Made by a program: the position numbers and the translations under genes. DNA of 64,000 bases from an uncultured Gemmatimonadaceae bacterium. Lineage in GTDB: Bacteria; Gemmatimonadota; Gemmatimonadetes; Gemmatimonadales; Gemmatimonadaceae. Below, one piece after another: positions 1 to 10,801 of this stretch. A model generated the notes under the pieces. That model searched no databases. It saw only the letters and a program-made list of their open reading frames with translations, and was not told the origin of the DNA. The stretch spans positions 2,816,001 to 2,880,000 of the forward strand of contig OY970320.1 of assembly GCA_963716745.1 (NCBI GenBank), given 5' to 3'. Every line of letters begins with the position of its first letter. Positions within the stretch are counted from its first letter, which is position 1.

Positions 1-2
1 CG

Positions 3-1763
3 CGGGCGGCGGCCCCGCAGGTTGCGACTGTTGGCACGCGCCGGCGCGCGGTGGTCATAGGAGTGGCGGCGGGCGTGCTCGTGGTGGCGGCGGTGGGGTG
101 GATCGTCTGGCGGAGTCACCGGCGCGATTCGGCGGCGCCGTCTTTCAACGCGCGCACACAGGTCACCTTCACCGGTAACGCGGCCCGGCCGGCCCTTTCC
201 GCGGACGGCACCCAGATCGCGTACGTCGTGCACGAATGCGCCAGTTCGGGGTGCCAGGATGCCATTGATATCCAGGACGTGGACGGCAGCGCGAAGCGGC
301 GGCTGGTCGACGGGGTATCGGCGATCGACTTTCTGAATTGGAGTCCCGATCGCCGCTTTCTCCTTTTCGTGCAGACCCACGGGAGTAAGATCGGCATTTT
401 CCTTGTCAGCACGCTGGGCGGCGCTCCCCGGCGAGTGGGTTCGGACTCGTCGTCCTTCGCATTCTTGTGGAGCGGTGACTCTCTCGTCGAGACCGCTGGT
501 GATTTCGCGGACACCGTGGGCTGGCTCAAGACGCGGCCCTTCGACGGCGAGGCGCGCGATAGCATCCGTCTGCATGGGCTGAAGGGGGGCGGGTACGCGA
601 TGGCCTTCCCGGGAGACCAGTGGCTGCTGCTGGCCGGAGAGGGGCGACATGGTCAGGAGGCGCGGATCGTGGACCGGCAGGGGCAACAGAGTGATGTCTT
701 CAGCGGAGGGCGTCAGGGGTTCCAGATAGGTGGTAGTGCAGTGTGGTCCTGGGTGCCGCTCGGCGGGAGCCGTCAGGGGATCGTTCGCCTCCCGGTCGAT
801 CTCGGAACGGGCAAGTTCCGCCTCCCACCCGATACCGTGCTCGATGCCGCGAGCGACTTCTTCGACGTGTCGGCGGACGGAAGTACGATCGCCTATGTAG
901 AGGGCGGCCGTCAGTACGACATGTGGGTCTTGCCATTGGCGGAGGCCATGCAAGGGCGCTTCTCGCCGGAACGTCACATATTTGGGTCCACGTCGCAGCT
1001 CGGTGGAGCGTTGTCCCCCGACGGAAAACAGTTGCTTGTGGAGCACTCCGAGGCGGGGTCCGCCGGAAGCCGCGTGGTGATGTCCATCCTTCCCACGATC
1101 GGCGGCCCCGGGGTGGACTTCAATTCCCCAGGGAACTCGCTCGCGGCTGGCTGGTCGGAAGATGGCGCGTGGATCATTCACGAATCGCGCTCTGCCACCG
1201 GGATCCAGTTCGTGCTGATTGATCCCCGGACGGGACAGCAGGCACGATCCTTCGCGACGGGCGACACTGCCTATACCAGCTATGACGCGCTCGCCGGCGG
1301 CGGTTGGGTCTGGATCCCACCGTCACACGATCGTGTGAGATTCCAGCGGAAGCAGGGAGAAAAGCCGGTCGACTTTCCCCTCCCGGCGGGGAAACGCGTA
1401 TTCAATGTCAACGCGAGCCCCAATGGTACTCGCTTGGTAGCCTTTGCGAGCATCCCATCGACGGATTCGGTCATCTTGAGCGCGATCTCCCTCCCCGGGG
1501 GACAAGCCACCCGGTGGATCACGCTGAACGGCCCCGTTCTGGACGCCCGCTGGCTCAGCGATGGGTCGCTCATGGCTGAGGTAAGAGAGTCAGGGTCCAT
1601 CACCTTATATCGCGTCACCGCACCCGATCACGCCAAACGGCTCGGCACCATCCCGCGGGCCACCCTAGTGAGTTGGTCATACGATGGGCGGCAGGTCGGC
1701 GTCATTACGTCGGAGGTTCGCGGCGATGTGTGGCTGGCCAGAAGCTCGGGCCGCCGACCTTAG
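3..1763 (+). CDS. Membrane-anchored TolB/WD40-like (PD40) beta-propeller protein, 5' end cut by the window edge (possibly the C-terminal part of a Ser/Thr kinase-propeller fusion)
   Basis: Frame is open from base 3. TM segment VVIGVAAGVLVVAAVGWIVW is followed by repeated PD40-like motifs (PALSADGTQIAY, LNWSPDRRFLLF, LSPDGKQL, WSYDGRQV). The kinase part is inferred only. Confidence 0.7.
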   Translation, partial: RAAAPQVATVGTRRRAVVIGVAAGVLVVAAVGWIVWRSHRRDSAAPSFNARTQVTFTGNAARPALSADGTQIAYVVHECASSGCQDAIDIQDVDGSAKRRLVDGVSAIDFLNWSPDRRFLLFVQTHGSKIGIFLVSTLGGAPRRVGSDSSSFAFLWSGDSLVETAGDFADTVGWLKTRPFDGEARDSIRLHGLKGGGYAMAFPGDQWLLLAGEGRHGQEARIVDRQGQQSDVFSGGRQGFQIGGSAVWSWVPLGGSRQGIVRLPVDLGTGKFRLPPDTVLDAASDFFDVSADGSTIAYVEGGRQYDMWVLPLAEAMQGRFSPERHIFGSTSQLGGALSPDGKQLLVEHSEAGSAGSRVVMSILPTIGGPGVDFNSPGNSLAAGWSEDGAWIIHESRSATGIQFVLIDPRTGQQARSFATGDTAYTSYDALAGGGWVWIPPSHDRVRFQRKQGEKPVDFPLPAGKRVFNVNASPNGTRLVAFASIPSTDSVILSAISLPGGQATRWITLNGPVLDARWLSDGSLMAEVRESGSITLYRVTAPDHAKRLGTIPRATLVSWSYDGRQVGVITSEVRGDVWLARSSGRRP

Positions 1764-1841
1764 CGCTTGTTGGTGGATCTCCACTTGTTCCAAGGATTCT
1801 CGACGCACTGAGTTGCGCCTAACTATCGGGAGGATGCCGTC

Positions 1842-2736
1842 ATGCGTTCGCACACGCGGATTCCATTCGCCATTGTGATGCTCATCGCCACCGCGCCATC
1901 GTTCGCGCAGAGCGTGGCGAACCCCGAGATCAGCTGGACCGATCCGACCGCGTTCTACCGCAGCGCGATCTATCCACCGGCAGATTTCTCCTCGCGCGAG
2001 GTGAACGCGTCGCTGCAGATCTATCCCTTCCAGAAGGTGGACAGCGATCCGCGCGCGTCGTTCCAGGCACGGCCTGTTCCGCGCGTTGATCGACCCGCGC
2101 TATCAAGAAACGCAAGTCGTGAATCTGAAGCTGGACTCGGGCTCGTTCAACGGCGCCGACTACTACCTGCGCGCGCGGTTCGAGGACATCGTGGTGGGAC
2201 CGCCGGGGCGGGAGCACATGCGCCTCGTGCTCGTCGTGGGCAATCAGATCGCCATCGTTGACGCCGAAGCCGTCAGCATGCAGAGCTGGCAGCACGTCGT
2301 GCCGCAGCTCAATGCGTTCATCGCGACCGTGAAGATCGGAGCGGGCGCGCCGCAGCCCGAGTATGGCGCGCCGAGTGGACCCGCCGGCCAGCAGCTCGCC
2401 GGTCTGTATCAGGGATTCAAACAGAAATACATGACAAACCTGATGATGGGTCCCGCGTACGGTACGTACCAGAACGCGCTGCATTACTATCTGTTCTCCG
2501 CGAACGGACTCGTGTACCGGCACTATGACGCGCTCGCTGTGCCGGGCAACGATCCAGCGCAGTTCGATTTCGCCGGCGCGCAGCGCGCCGACCCGTCGAA
2601 CTCGGGCAAGTACGTGATCAAGGGCGACTCGGTGTACGTGAAGATCGGCACGCCCCAGCATTTCGACACGTTCGTCGCGCATTTGCCCGAGGACAATGTC
2701 ATCGTGATCGCAACCGTCCCGTACAAGCGAAAGTGA
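1842..2736 (+). CDS. Secreted hypothetical protein, frameshift near 2070
   Basis: GGGAGG RBS and a signal peptide ending SFA-QS in ORF 1842; coding continues in ORF 2086..2736. Confidence 0.55.
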
Positions 2737-2829
2737 CCGGGAACCACCGCGATGCCACGGAGTATTGAGAGACGCCGGCTTCAGGCCGGTTGTTGGCATC
2801 GATACCATTGGCAGCGTTCGAGGTGCACC

Positions 2830-3259
2830 ATGAAGATCCCGTCCTTCGCGCGACGCTTCGCGCCCGTCGCGTTCCTGGCATCCGCATTGGCGCTCGCCGG
2901 GTGTAGCTCCAGCACCACTTCGTCGACAACTCCGCCGACGCCGATGACGAATGACGTGGACATCGTCTTCGGTGCGCAATCGCTGACGAACACCGCGTTC
3001 AATCCGGACACGAAGACCGTGGCGCTGGCCGGAGGGTCGAGCGTCGCGGTGCGGTTCGTGAACAATGATTCCGATCCGAGCAACTACGGCTCGACCGGCA
3101 CGACCCACCACATCGTTTCGGACGACGGCACGACCTTCGACGCCGGCACGCTCGCGCCGGGCCACACGATGACCGTCAGTTTCTCGGCGCACCGGAACGA
3201 TCCCGTTCCACTGCGCGATCCATCCGAATATGGTGGGGTCGATCGTCGTAACGCCCTGA
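2830..3259 (+). CDS. Cupredoxin (plastocyanin/amicyanin-like) lipoprotein, frameshift near 3190
   Basis: Lipobox LAGC and His in THHIVSDD. After a 1-nt shift the sequence reads TGTIPFHCAIHPNMVGSIVVTP*, the type-1 copper C-x2-H-x2-M motif. Confidence 0.8.
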
Positions 3260-3286
3260 GAAGCGTGGCTCGAGCATTGCGATCAT

Positions 3287-3323
3287 GTGGCGCGGCCGGA
3301 CTTCGGCCGCGCCACTTTGTTTT
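3287..3323 (+). terminator. Intrinsic terminator
   Basis: GTGGCGCGGCCG / CGGCCGCGCCAC 12-bp stem followed by TTTGTTTT. Confidence 0.7.
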
Positions 3324-3405
3324 CATGAGGCGCTTTCGCGACTCCCATGGGCGGTGCTAGAATTCGTGGCCGCGACACGCGGCTATTCCATCATTCCGGA
3401 GATCG

Positions 3406-3840
3406 ATGAGCACAAAGCCTCCAGCATCGTCCGTCCAGCGCGAGCGCGCGCAGCCGGAGACGTTCCGCGCCACCGCGCTCCAGGCGTCCTTCAGCGTCAA
3501 CGACATCCAGAAGAGCCTCGCCTGGTACCGCGACATACTCGGCTTCGTCGTCGACCAGCCCTACGAGCGCGATGGGAAGCTGCGCGCCGTTTCGCTCAAG
3601 GCGGGCACCACGCGCATCGTCATTGGCCAGGACGACGGTGCGAAGGGAGCGAACCGCGTGAAGGGACAGGGGATGTCGCTCCAGTTCACCACATCGCAGG
3701 ACATCGACGCGCTGGCGGCCAGCATGGAGAAGCGCGGCGCGGTGCTCGAGTCGCAGCCTGCCGACGCGTACGGCGCGCGGTCCTTCAGCGTGCGCGATCC
3801 GGATGGGTTCAAGTTCGTGATCTCGTCGCCGCGGTCTTGA
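3406..3840 (+). CDS. VOC/glyoxalase family protein
   Basis: VNDIQKSLAWYRDILGF at the N-terminus and YGARSFSVRDPDGFKF at the C-terminus. Confidence 0.85.
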   Translation: MSTKPPASSVQRERAQPETFRATALQASFSVNDIQKSLAWYRDILGFVVDQPYERDGKLRAVSLKAGTTRIVIGQDDGAKGANRVKGQGMSLQFTTSQDIDALAASMEKRGAVLESQPADAYGARSFSVRDPDGFKFVISSPRS

Positions 3841-3842
3841 CT

Positions 3843-3915
3843 ACAGACTTAGACGTTAGACCTAGACGTTAGACTGCGTTTCCCCGCGCGGGGCTTGTTC
3901 TTGAGCCCCGCGCGG
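3843..3915. repeat. TAGACGTTAGAC tandem repeat followed by a 12-bp hairpin
   Basis: TAGACGTTAGAC at 3850-3861 and 3863-3874; CCGCGCGGGGCT/AGCCCCGCGCGG at 3884-3915. CTAGACGTTAGA recurs at 15911-15922. Confidence 0.6.
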
Positions 3916-3948
3916 CATATCTAGTTGGGGTTCTCGAAAAGGACCACC

Positions 3949-4734
3949 ATGTTCCCCTTCTCGAAGAAGGCCGGCGCAGCCCCTGCGACTCTCGCCGACG
4001 CGCCAGTGGGCGCGCCGAGCTCGTCGCTCGCGAAGGCGGCGCTCCGTCTGCTGCTGCACGGCGTGTTCCTCGTGGTCGCCGTCGGCTGCTTCATGGCCTA
4101 CCTCCATTTCAAGGTCGCCGGGCAGCATACGGCCTCGTATGTCTCCCTCGCGGCGTCCGGCCTCCTCGCGTTCGCGCCCATTCGCGATGTGATCCACCTC
4201 TTCTTCGCGATCGAGGGGCGCACGCTGCATCTCGTGCATGGGCTGGGCGGACTCGCGCTGCTCGGACTGCCGCTCAGCGGCTTCGTATCCGGCGGCCACC
4301 TGATGACGCACGCGGCCATGGCGCCCTTCGCGATCATGGGCGCGGCGCAGGCCGTCATGCATCAGGACCACCCGCGCAACGCGAAGCAGGCCGCCGCGCT
4401 CCGTACCTTCGCCACGAGTCTGCCCGAAGTGGCGGAGTTCACCGGTTCGGGCGACCTCACCTCGCCGGCGAACGCTGAGCGCGCGGTGCGCGTACTCACC
4501 GATATCGTCGGGAAGGCGCAGGTATTGGGCGAGACCGAGCTGGAGGCGGATCCTTCGTTCCAGGGCGCGCTGAGTCAGGCGAGCACGCGCTTCAGCGCGA
4601 AGATGGGATTGGATGTCGTGGACATGGCACTGAACAAGATGGCCGAGAATCCGGCGACCGCCGCGGCGGTCCCGGCGCTGCGAAAACAGTTGGCCGCGGC
4701 GCGCCGGGCGCTCTCGAGTGGCGCCGCGAGTTAG
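3949..4734 (+). CDS. Membrane protein of unknown function
   Basis: About four hydrophobic segments followed by a helical C-terminal region; AAGGA RBS. Confidence 0.6.
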   Translation: MFPFSKKAGAAPATLADAPVGAPSSSLAKAALRLLLHGVFLVVAVGCFMAYLHFKVAGQHTASYVSLAASGLLAFAPIRDVIHLFFAIEGRTLHLVHGLGGLALLGLPLSGFVSGGHLMTHAAMAPFAIMGAAQAVMHQDHPRNAKQAAALRTFATSLPEVAEFTGSGDLTSPANAERAVRVLTDIVGKAQVLGETELEADPSFQGALSQASTRFSAKMGLDVVDMALNKMAENPATAAAVPALRKQLAAARRALSSGAAS

Positions 4735-4770
4735 AGGAGGTCGTTCGCGAACACTCCAACGGGGACAACG

Positions 4771-5310
4771 ATGAGGAAGACGATATGCTTGATGGCGCTG
4801 GCGGCGCTGATCGTATCGCCGCCGCAACGCGCCCGCGCGCAGGACGTACCGAAGTTCGATGTGTACGGCGGCTATTCCTACATGGTCATCCAGTCGGCGA
4901 GCGCCGACAACAATCTCAGCGCGAGTGGCTGGGAGCTCGCGGCGTCGTGGAATCTGAGCCACTGGCTCGGCATCACCGTGGATGGCAACGGGAGCTACTG
5001 CTGCAGCGGACAGTATCTGTACACGGTGGCCGTGGGGCCGACGTTCACCTTCCGCAAGGAGAAACGCGACTTCTTCCTGCACGCGCTCTTCGGCAATGGG
5101 AGCGCGAAAGGACTCTCCGAGACGGCCAGCGACTACACCTGGATGGTGGGCGGCGGCATCGACTGGATCCTGAAGCCGGGGCTGGCGATCCGCGTGCCGC
5201 AGGTGGACTACATCGACACCCACTTCCTGAACGGGTCGGAGAACGACTGGCGGATCAGCGCCGGCGTCGTGTTCCGATTCGGCAAACAAACCGGGCCATC
5301 GAGCCATTAA
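4771..5310 (+). CDS. Outer-membrane beta-barrel protein (OmpA-TM/PorT-like)
   Basis: Signal peptide ending ARA-Q, alternating amphipathic strands (FDVYGGYSY, GGGIDW) and a C-terminal strand WRISAGVVFRF. Confidence 0.75.
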   Translation: MRKTICLMALAALIVSPPQRARAQDVPKFDVYGGYSYMVIQSASADNNLSASGWELAASWNLSHWLGITVDGNGSYCCSGQYLYTVAVGPTFTFRKEKRDFFLHALFGNGSAKGLSETASDYTWMVGGGIDWILKPGLAIRVPQVDYIDTHFLNGSENDWRISAGVVFRFGKQTGPSSH

Positions 5311-5328
5311 GAGATCAACGGGGGAATC

Positions 5329-6460
5329 ATGAGCAAGGATCGCGCGGTCAGGCTCGCCGCGGCCGGCTCGATGCTGGCGGCGGCGATGATAGCGGGATGT
5401 TCCGGCGGGTCGCCGAACGACGTCCTGGGCGGCGGCTCCTCGGGCGTGCCCAAGTTCGCGTTCGTGAGCAATGAGAGTTCCAACGATCTGTACGATTACT
5501 CGATCGGCAGCAGCGGCGCGCTGACGCAGGTATCGGGATCGCCGTACATGGGCGAGACGGGTCCGCGCGGGGTCGCGGTGCATCCGAGCGGACGGTTCGT
5601 GTACATGGCGAACAGCGGCGACGATGACATCTCCCGCGTGGTCGATCGACGCCGCCACCGGCGCGCTCACCGAGATCTCGGGCTCCGCCTTCGGTGCCGG
5701 CACGGGCACGCGTGGGATCACGATCGACAACGCCGGGAAATTCCTCTTCGCGGCCAACGAACAAACGAACGACGTCTCGGCGTACACCATCGGATCGGAT
5801 GGCGCCCTCACGGCGGTGGCAGGGTCGCCGTTCGCTGCCGGAACCGGTCCGCGCGGCGTCGCGGTGGATCCGAGCGGCAAGCACTTGTACGTGACCGACC
5901 ATTCGGTGGACTCGATCATGGCGTTCAGCATCGACCCCAGCAGCGGTGTGCTCACGCCGGTCGCGGGCGCGCCCTTCGCGACGGGGAACACACCGTTCGA
6001 TGTGGCCGTGGATCCGTCGGGCATGCACGTGCTCGTCACCAATCACCTGGACGGCAATGTGTCGGTGTACTCGCGGAACACGAGCACCGGCGCGCTCACG
6101 CAGATCTCAGGTTCGCCCTTCTCGTCGGGGAGCCAGCCGCACGGCATCGTGGTGGACCCGACCGGGAAGTTCGTGTACGTGGCGAACCATGCGTCGGGCA
6201 ACGTGTCGGGCTACAGCATCAGCGGGTCCACCGGAGCGCTCACCGAGTTGAGCGGCTCGCCCTTCACGGCGGGCACGGGGCCGTACGGCATCACGATCGA
6301 TCCATCGGGGAAGTACGTGTACGTCGCGAACAACGGCTCGGGCAATGTGTCGGCGTGGACGTACGATCCGAACACCGGTGCGCTCGTGCCAGTGGCGGGC
6401 ATGCCGTTCACGGCGGGCAACGGGCCGCATGGAGTGGCGGTGGCGCCGCAACAGCAATAA
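5329..6460 (+). CDS. Lactonase-family (6-phosphogluconolactonase-like) seven-bladed beta-propeller lipoprotein, frameshift near 5635
   Basis: Lipobox IAGC and ~46-aa repeats GSPFxAGxGPxGxxxDPSGKxxYV across ORFs 5329 and 5624. Confidence 0.8.
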
Positions 6461-6465
6461 CTGCT

Positions 6466-6523
6466 CGGGAAGCGGGAAGCGGGAAGCGGGACTCACCACC
6501 CGATCCCGTTTCCCGTTTCGCTT
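6466..6523. repeat. Heptad-periodic inverted repeat (CGGGAAG)n / (TCCCGTT)n
   Basis: CGGGAAG x3 plus CGGGA at 6466-6491 and TCCCGTT TCCCGTT TCGCTT at 6504-6523. Same family as 63157-63218. Confidence 0.85.
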
Positions 6524-6553
6524 GAATCCGTGGTTCACCGAAAAAAACCGCTA

Positions 6554-6619
6554 GACAGGATTAACATGATTCACATGATTGAACGGCAGTTCATCGTGTA
6601 AAATCATGTTAATCCTGTC
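6554..6619. repeat. Nonamer-periodic inverted repeat (GACAGGATT-AACATGATT family)
   Basis: GACAGGATTAACATGATT(CACATGATT) and AATCATGTTAATCCTGTC form a perfect 18-bp inverted repeat; further copies at 33538-33605 and 42143-42223. Confidence 0.9.
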
Positions 6620-6667
6620 CAATGCAGTTCAGTTGCCCTCCCCGCGCCCGCGCGCATATTCCCCTCC

Positions 6668-9596
6668 ATGATGAAATCCCACTCCCGGCTCCTCGCCGCC
6701 GCGCTCGCTGCCGCCGCATCCTGTCTCGCCGCCCAGCAGCCCATCGACTCCGCGTACACCGCGCAGATCAAACAGCTCACCCCCACCGATCCCAAGTGGG
6801 TGTTCACCACCGAGCTCGTGAATTACCTCCCGGCGTCGGCCACGGTGCCGTCGCCGCTCAAGGTCCTGGGCTACGTACCGGGGACGGTCGGCCGCCTCTC
6901 TCACGTCGCGGACATCAACAAATATTTCCACGCGCTCGCCGCCGCCTCGCCGCGCGTGAAACTCTACTCCGCCGGCATGAGCGACGAAGGGCGCGAGATG
7001 CTCGCGGTCGCCATCGGTGACTCGGCCACCATCGCGCACATCGATGACTATCGCGCGATGCTCGCCAAGCTCTCCGATACGCGCAACGTGAGCGCGGCCG
7101 AACGCGCGACGCTCATCCGCGATGCCAAACCGGTGTACTGGCTCACCGGCTCGATCCATTCGCCCGAGACGGGCAGTCCCGAGATGCTGATGGAGTTGGC
7201 CTATCGTCTCGCGGTGGACGAATCGGATCACATGAAGGCGATCCGCGCCGGCGTGATCACGCTCATCACGCCCGTGCTCGAGACTGACGGCCGCGATCGC
7301 GAGGTGGACGCGTTCGCCGAGTCGCGCGCGCTCAAGATCGGCAACTACGGCGTGCCGCTCATCTACTGGGGGAAGTACACCGCGCACGACAACAATCGCG
7401 ACGCGATGGTGCTGTCGCAGAAGCTCACGCAGAACGTCGTGAGAGTATTCCTGTCGTGGCACCCCACGGTGGCGCACGACCTGCACGAGTCGGTGCCGTT
7501 CCTCTACACGAGCACCGGCACGGGACCGTACAACGATGAGTTCGACGCGATCCTCACCGACGAGCTGCATACGCTCGCGTACCAGGAGATGACCGAGCTC
7601 ACGCGCCGCGGATTGCCCGGCGTGTGGACGCACGGCTTCTACGATGGCTGGGCGCCGAACTACACGATCCTCTCGGTGGCGAGCCTGCACAATTCCATCG
7701 GACGTTTCTACGAGACGTACACATCGCAAGGCGCCGAGTGTCACACCGTGCATCTCGCGAGCGACGCGGTGCAGAAGGAGTGGGACCGGATGAATCCGCC
7801 GGTGAACGGCATCAAGTGGTGCATCCGCACGAACATCAATTATCAGCAATCGGGCGTTCTGATCGCGCTGCGCTACGTCGCCGACCACCGTCAGACCTTC
7901 CTCGAGAATTACGCCGCGAAGGTGGACCGCATGGTGCACCGCGGCCGCACGAGCGCGCCGTACGCGTACGTGATCCCGCACGATCAGCGGCACGCGGGCG
8001 AAGCGGCGGCGCTGGTGAATCTCTTCCGCGCGCAGGGCACCGTGGTGGATGTCGCCACCGCGGATTTCTCGACGTTCGATGCGCCCCGTCCGGTGGAAGT
8101 GGGCAGCAACATGCGGCCCACCGAGCCGGGCGCGCCGCCCATGCTGCCGGCCGACAGCATTCGCGCCGACAGCATGCGCAAGCTCGGCGGCAAGCCGAGA
8201 GATGTGAGCGTGAAGAAGGGCGACTGGATCGTGCGCATGGACCAGCCGAACACCGGCACCGTGCGCACGCTGCTCGCGATGCAGCGATTCGGATCCAACG
8301 AGCCGCCGCCGTACGACGACACCGGATGGACGCTGGACCTCCTGCGCCATGTGATCGCGTATCCGATCGGCGACTCAGCGGTGCTCGCGAAAGACATGAC
8401 TCCGCTCGCGGCCGATGCGGTGGCGGTGGGCACGATTCGTCGCGGATTCCGGCGGCAACGGTGCGGTGGCGATCATCCGCAACACAGGCGATTGGCGCGC
8501 GGCCGCGCTGCCATGGAAAGTCGCCGGCGCAACGGTGTCTGTTGCGGAAGCTTCGTTCGCCGTGGGCGGCCAGCAATTCCCGGCGGGCACGTTCATGGTC
8601 TCGGGCCTGAGCACCGACCGCATGAAGACGATCGCGGCGATGGGCTTGAGCGGCGTCACCACGAAGCAGACCATCTCGGTGAGCCGCTACACGCTCTCCG
8701 TGCCGCGCGTGGCCATCGTGCACACGTGGCTCGAGACGCAGAATGAAGGCTGGGTTCGCTATGCGTTCGACCAGATGGGCGTGCCGTACACGTCGATCTC
8801 CGACCAGTCGCTCAAGAAGCCGGGCGCGCTCGACAAGTTCGACGTCGTGGTATTCCCGCACGTGAACGGAGCGCCGAGCACGCTGCTCAATGGCCGGCCG
8901 ATGATCGGGCCGGCGGTGCCATGGAAGAAGACGGCGGCGACGCCGAATCTCGGACTGTGGGACGAGACCGATGATATTCGCGGCGGCATGGGGCTCGCCG
9001 GCGCGAACGCGCTCCGGCAGTTCGTGGAGCGCGGCGGGCTGCTGATCACCGAAGGATCCACGAGTTCCTTCGTCGTAGCGCTCGGCTTCAATCCCACGTT
9101 GCAGCTCGCCGATGCGCGGGGCCTTCGCGCGCAGGGCTCCATCCTGCGAGCGCAACAGGTGACGAAGAGCAGCCCGATCCTCTATGGCTATGACGACGCG
9201 CCGAGTTTCCCGGTGTACTTCGGCGGCGCGCCGGTGCTGCAGGTGCAGACCAAGGACACGCTGCAGATCACGAGCGGCATCGACTCCACCATTCTCAAGC
9301 AGGTGGAGGCTGAGCGCGCGAAGGTGATCGTGCGATTCTATCCGCGCGCGGATTCGTTGCTGCTCTCGGGGCTGTTGGCCGGCGGCGGCGAGTTGGTGGG
9401 CAAGGCGGCGGTGATCGACGCGCCCGTAGGGAAGGGGAACGTGGTGCTCTTCGCGATCCGTCCGCTCTGGCGCTGGGAGTCGCAGGGCACATTCGCAATG
9501 GTGCTCAACGCGATGGCGAACTGGGACCATCTCGCGAACACGCAGAAGAGCGGATCGATGCCGCTGACGGAGGGCGCGGCGGCGCCGAAGAAGTAG
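6668..9596 (+). CDS. Secreted M14-family zinc carboxypeptidase with C-terminal class-I GATase-like domain, frameshift near 8440
   Basis: Signal peptide; IHSPE (HxxE), NRD and HDLHE zinc/substrate motifs; continues in ORF 8415..9596 (EGWVRYAFDQ, FVERGGLLI). Confidence 0.85.
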
Positions 9597-10084
9597 TGCG
9601 CGCCGCGTGCGCGGTGGCGCTCGCCGGGCTGCTCGCCACGAGTGGGCAGCCGCATCGGAACGCACCGGCGCTCGCCGGCACGTGGCGTGTCGCGAAGTTC
9701 TGCATGGTGGATACACTCGGCGAGGTCTTCGAACCGTTCGGATCGGACCCTAATGGGCTCTTCGTCTATGGGCGCGATGGCCGGCTCTCCATCCAGATCT
9801 CGCGCACTCGCAGCGCAACGAACAATGGGATCGTCGACGACGCGGTCATCGCCGAACAGCTCCACATGCAGCGCGATGGCTACCTTGGCTACTATGGCAC
9901 CTATACGATCACGTCGGACTCTACGGTGATCCACCATGTGGTGGGCGGTACGCTGCCGAGCTATGTGGGCACCGATCAGCGGCGCGTCTATCATATCCGC
10001 GGCGACACGCTCACCATCGGGACGAACCCGCGAACGTTCGCCTGCCGAGTGCTGCTGCGCGTGAACGCACCGGCGCCCTCATGA
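9596..10084 (+). CDS. Lipocalin-like domain protein
   Basis: LAGTWRV, P-G-x-Y-x-x-DG and YLGYYGTY motifs typical of Lipocalin_5. Confidence 0.7.
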   Translation: MRAACAVALAGLLATSGQPHRNAPALAGTWRVAKFCMVDTLGEVFEPFGSDPNGLFVYGRDGRLSIQISRTRSATNNGIVDDAVIAEQLHMQRDGYLGYYGTYTITSDSTVIHHVVGGTLPSYVGTDQRRVYHIRGDTLTIGTNPRTFACRVLLRVNAPAPS

Positions 10085-10689
10085 TCACGCTCGCGTCGAC
10101 CGCTCTCGAGGGTCACGGAGTGCGACTCGAACCGCTCGCGGCGTCGCACGAAGCGGCGCTGCGTGAGGCGGCGTCCGACGGCAAACTCTACGAACTCTGG
10201 TACACGGCCGTGCCCATGCCCGGCCTCACGGCCAAGTACATCGCCGACGCGCTCGCGGGGCAGCAGGCGGGGCACATGCTGCCGTGGGCGGTGCGCGATC
10301 TCGCGACGAACACCATCGCGGGCAGCACGCGCTACCATGACATCGTCGCGCCCATCGACCGCGTGGAGATCGGCTACACCTGGTACGGCAAGCGCTGGCA
10401 GCGCACGCATATCAACACCGCGTGCAAGCTGCTGCTGCTCGGCCACGCATTCGACACGCTCAAGTGCGCGGTGGTCGGCCTCCGCACCGACAACTTCAAC
10501 TTCGCGTCGCAACGCGCCATTGCCGCGCTCGGCGCGCATCTCGACGGTGTGATCCGCCACCACCAGGCGCGGCGTGACGGCACCGTGCGAGACAGCGTGA
10601 TGTTCAGCATCCTCGCCGCGGAGTGGTTCGATGTGAAGCGGCACCTGCGCACGCGGCTCGAGCGGCACGGAGGCGCTTCCGGCCACTAA
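10081..10689 (+). CDS. GNAT acetyltransferase (RimJ/RimL-like)
   Basis: VEIGYTWYGKRWQRTHINTACKLLLL, NFASQRAI and RDSVMFSIL. Confidence 0.9.
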   Translation: MITLASTALEGHGVRLEPLAASHEAALREAASDGKLYELWYTAVPMPGLTAKYIADALAGQQAGHMLPWAVRDLATNTIAGSTRYHDIVAPIDRVEIGYTWYGKRWQRTHINTACKLLLLGHAFDTLKCAVVGLRTDNFNFASQRAIAALGAHLDGVIRHHQARRDGTVRDSVMFSILAAEWFDVKRHLRTRLERHGGASGH

Positions 10690-10801
10690 GAGAGCCGGGC
10701 GGGGGACGCGGCCGCCTGATGTCCGCTTTTCCGCGTGAGTTCGCGCTTCTCCGGTAGAGGTCAATCACGGCCCGATGTCGGGCCCCTCCCGGAGAACCGC
10801 C

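Noticed and set aside
5500..6440. About 138-nt DNA repeats
   Set aside because: Explained by the beta-propeller blade repeats of the encoded protein.
10720..10748. Possible ECF-dependent promoter (TGTCC...TTCGCGC) upstream of the surface protein
   Set aside because: Single instance with no second site in the window to support a motif.
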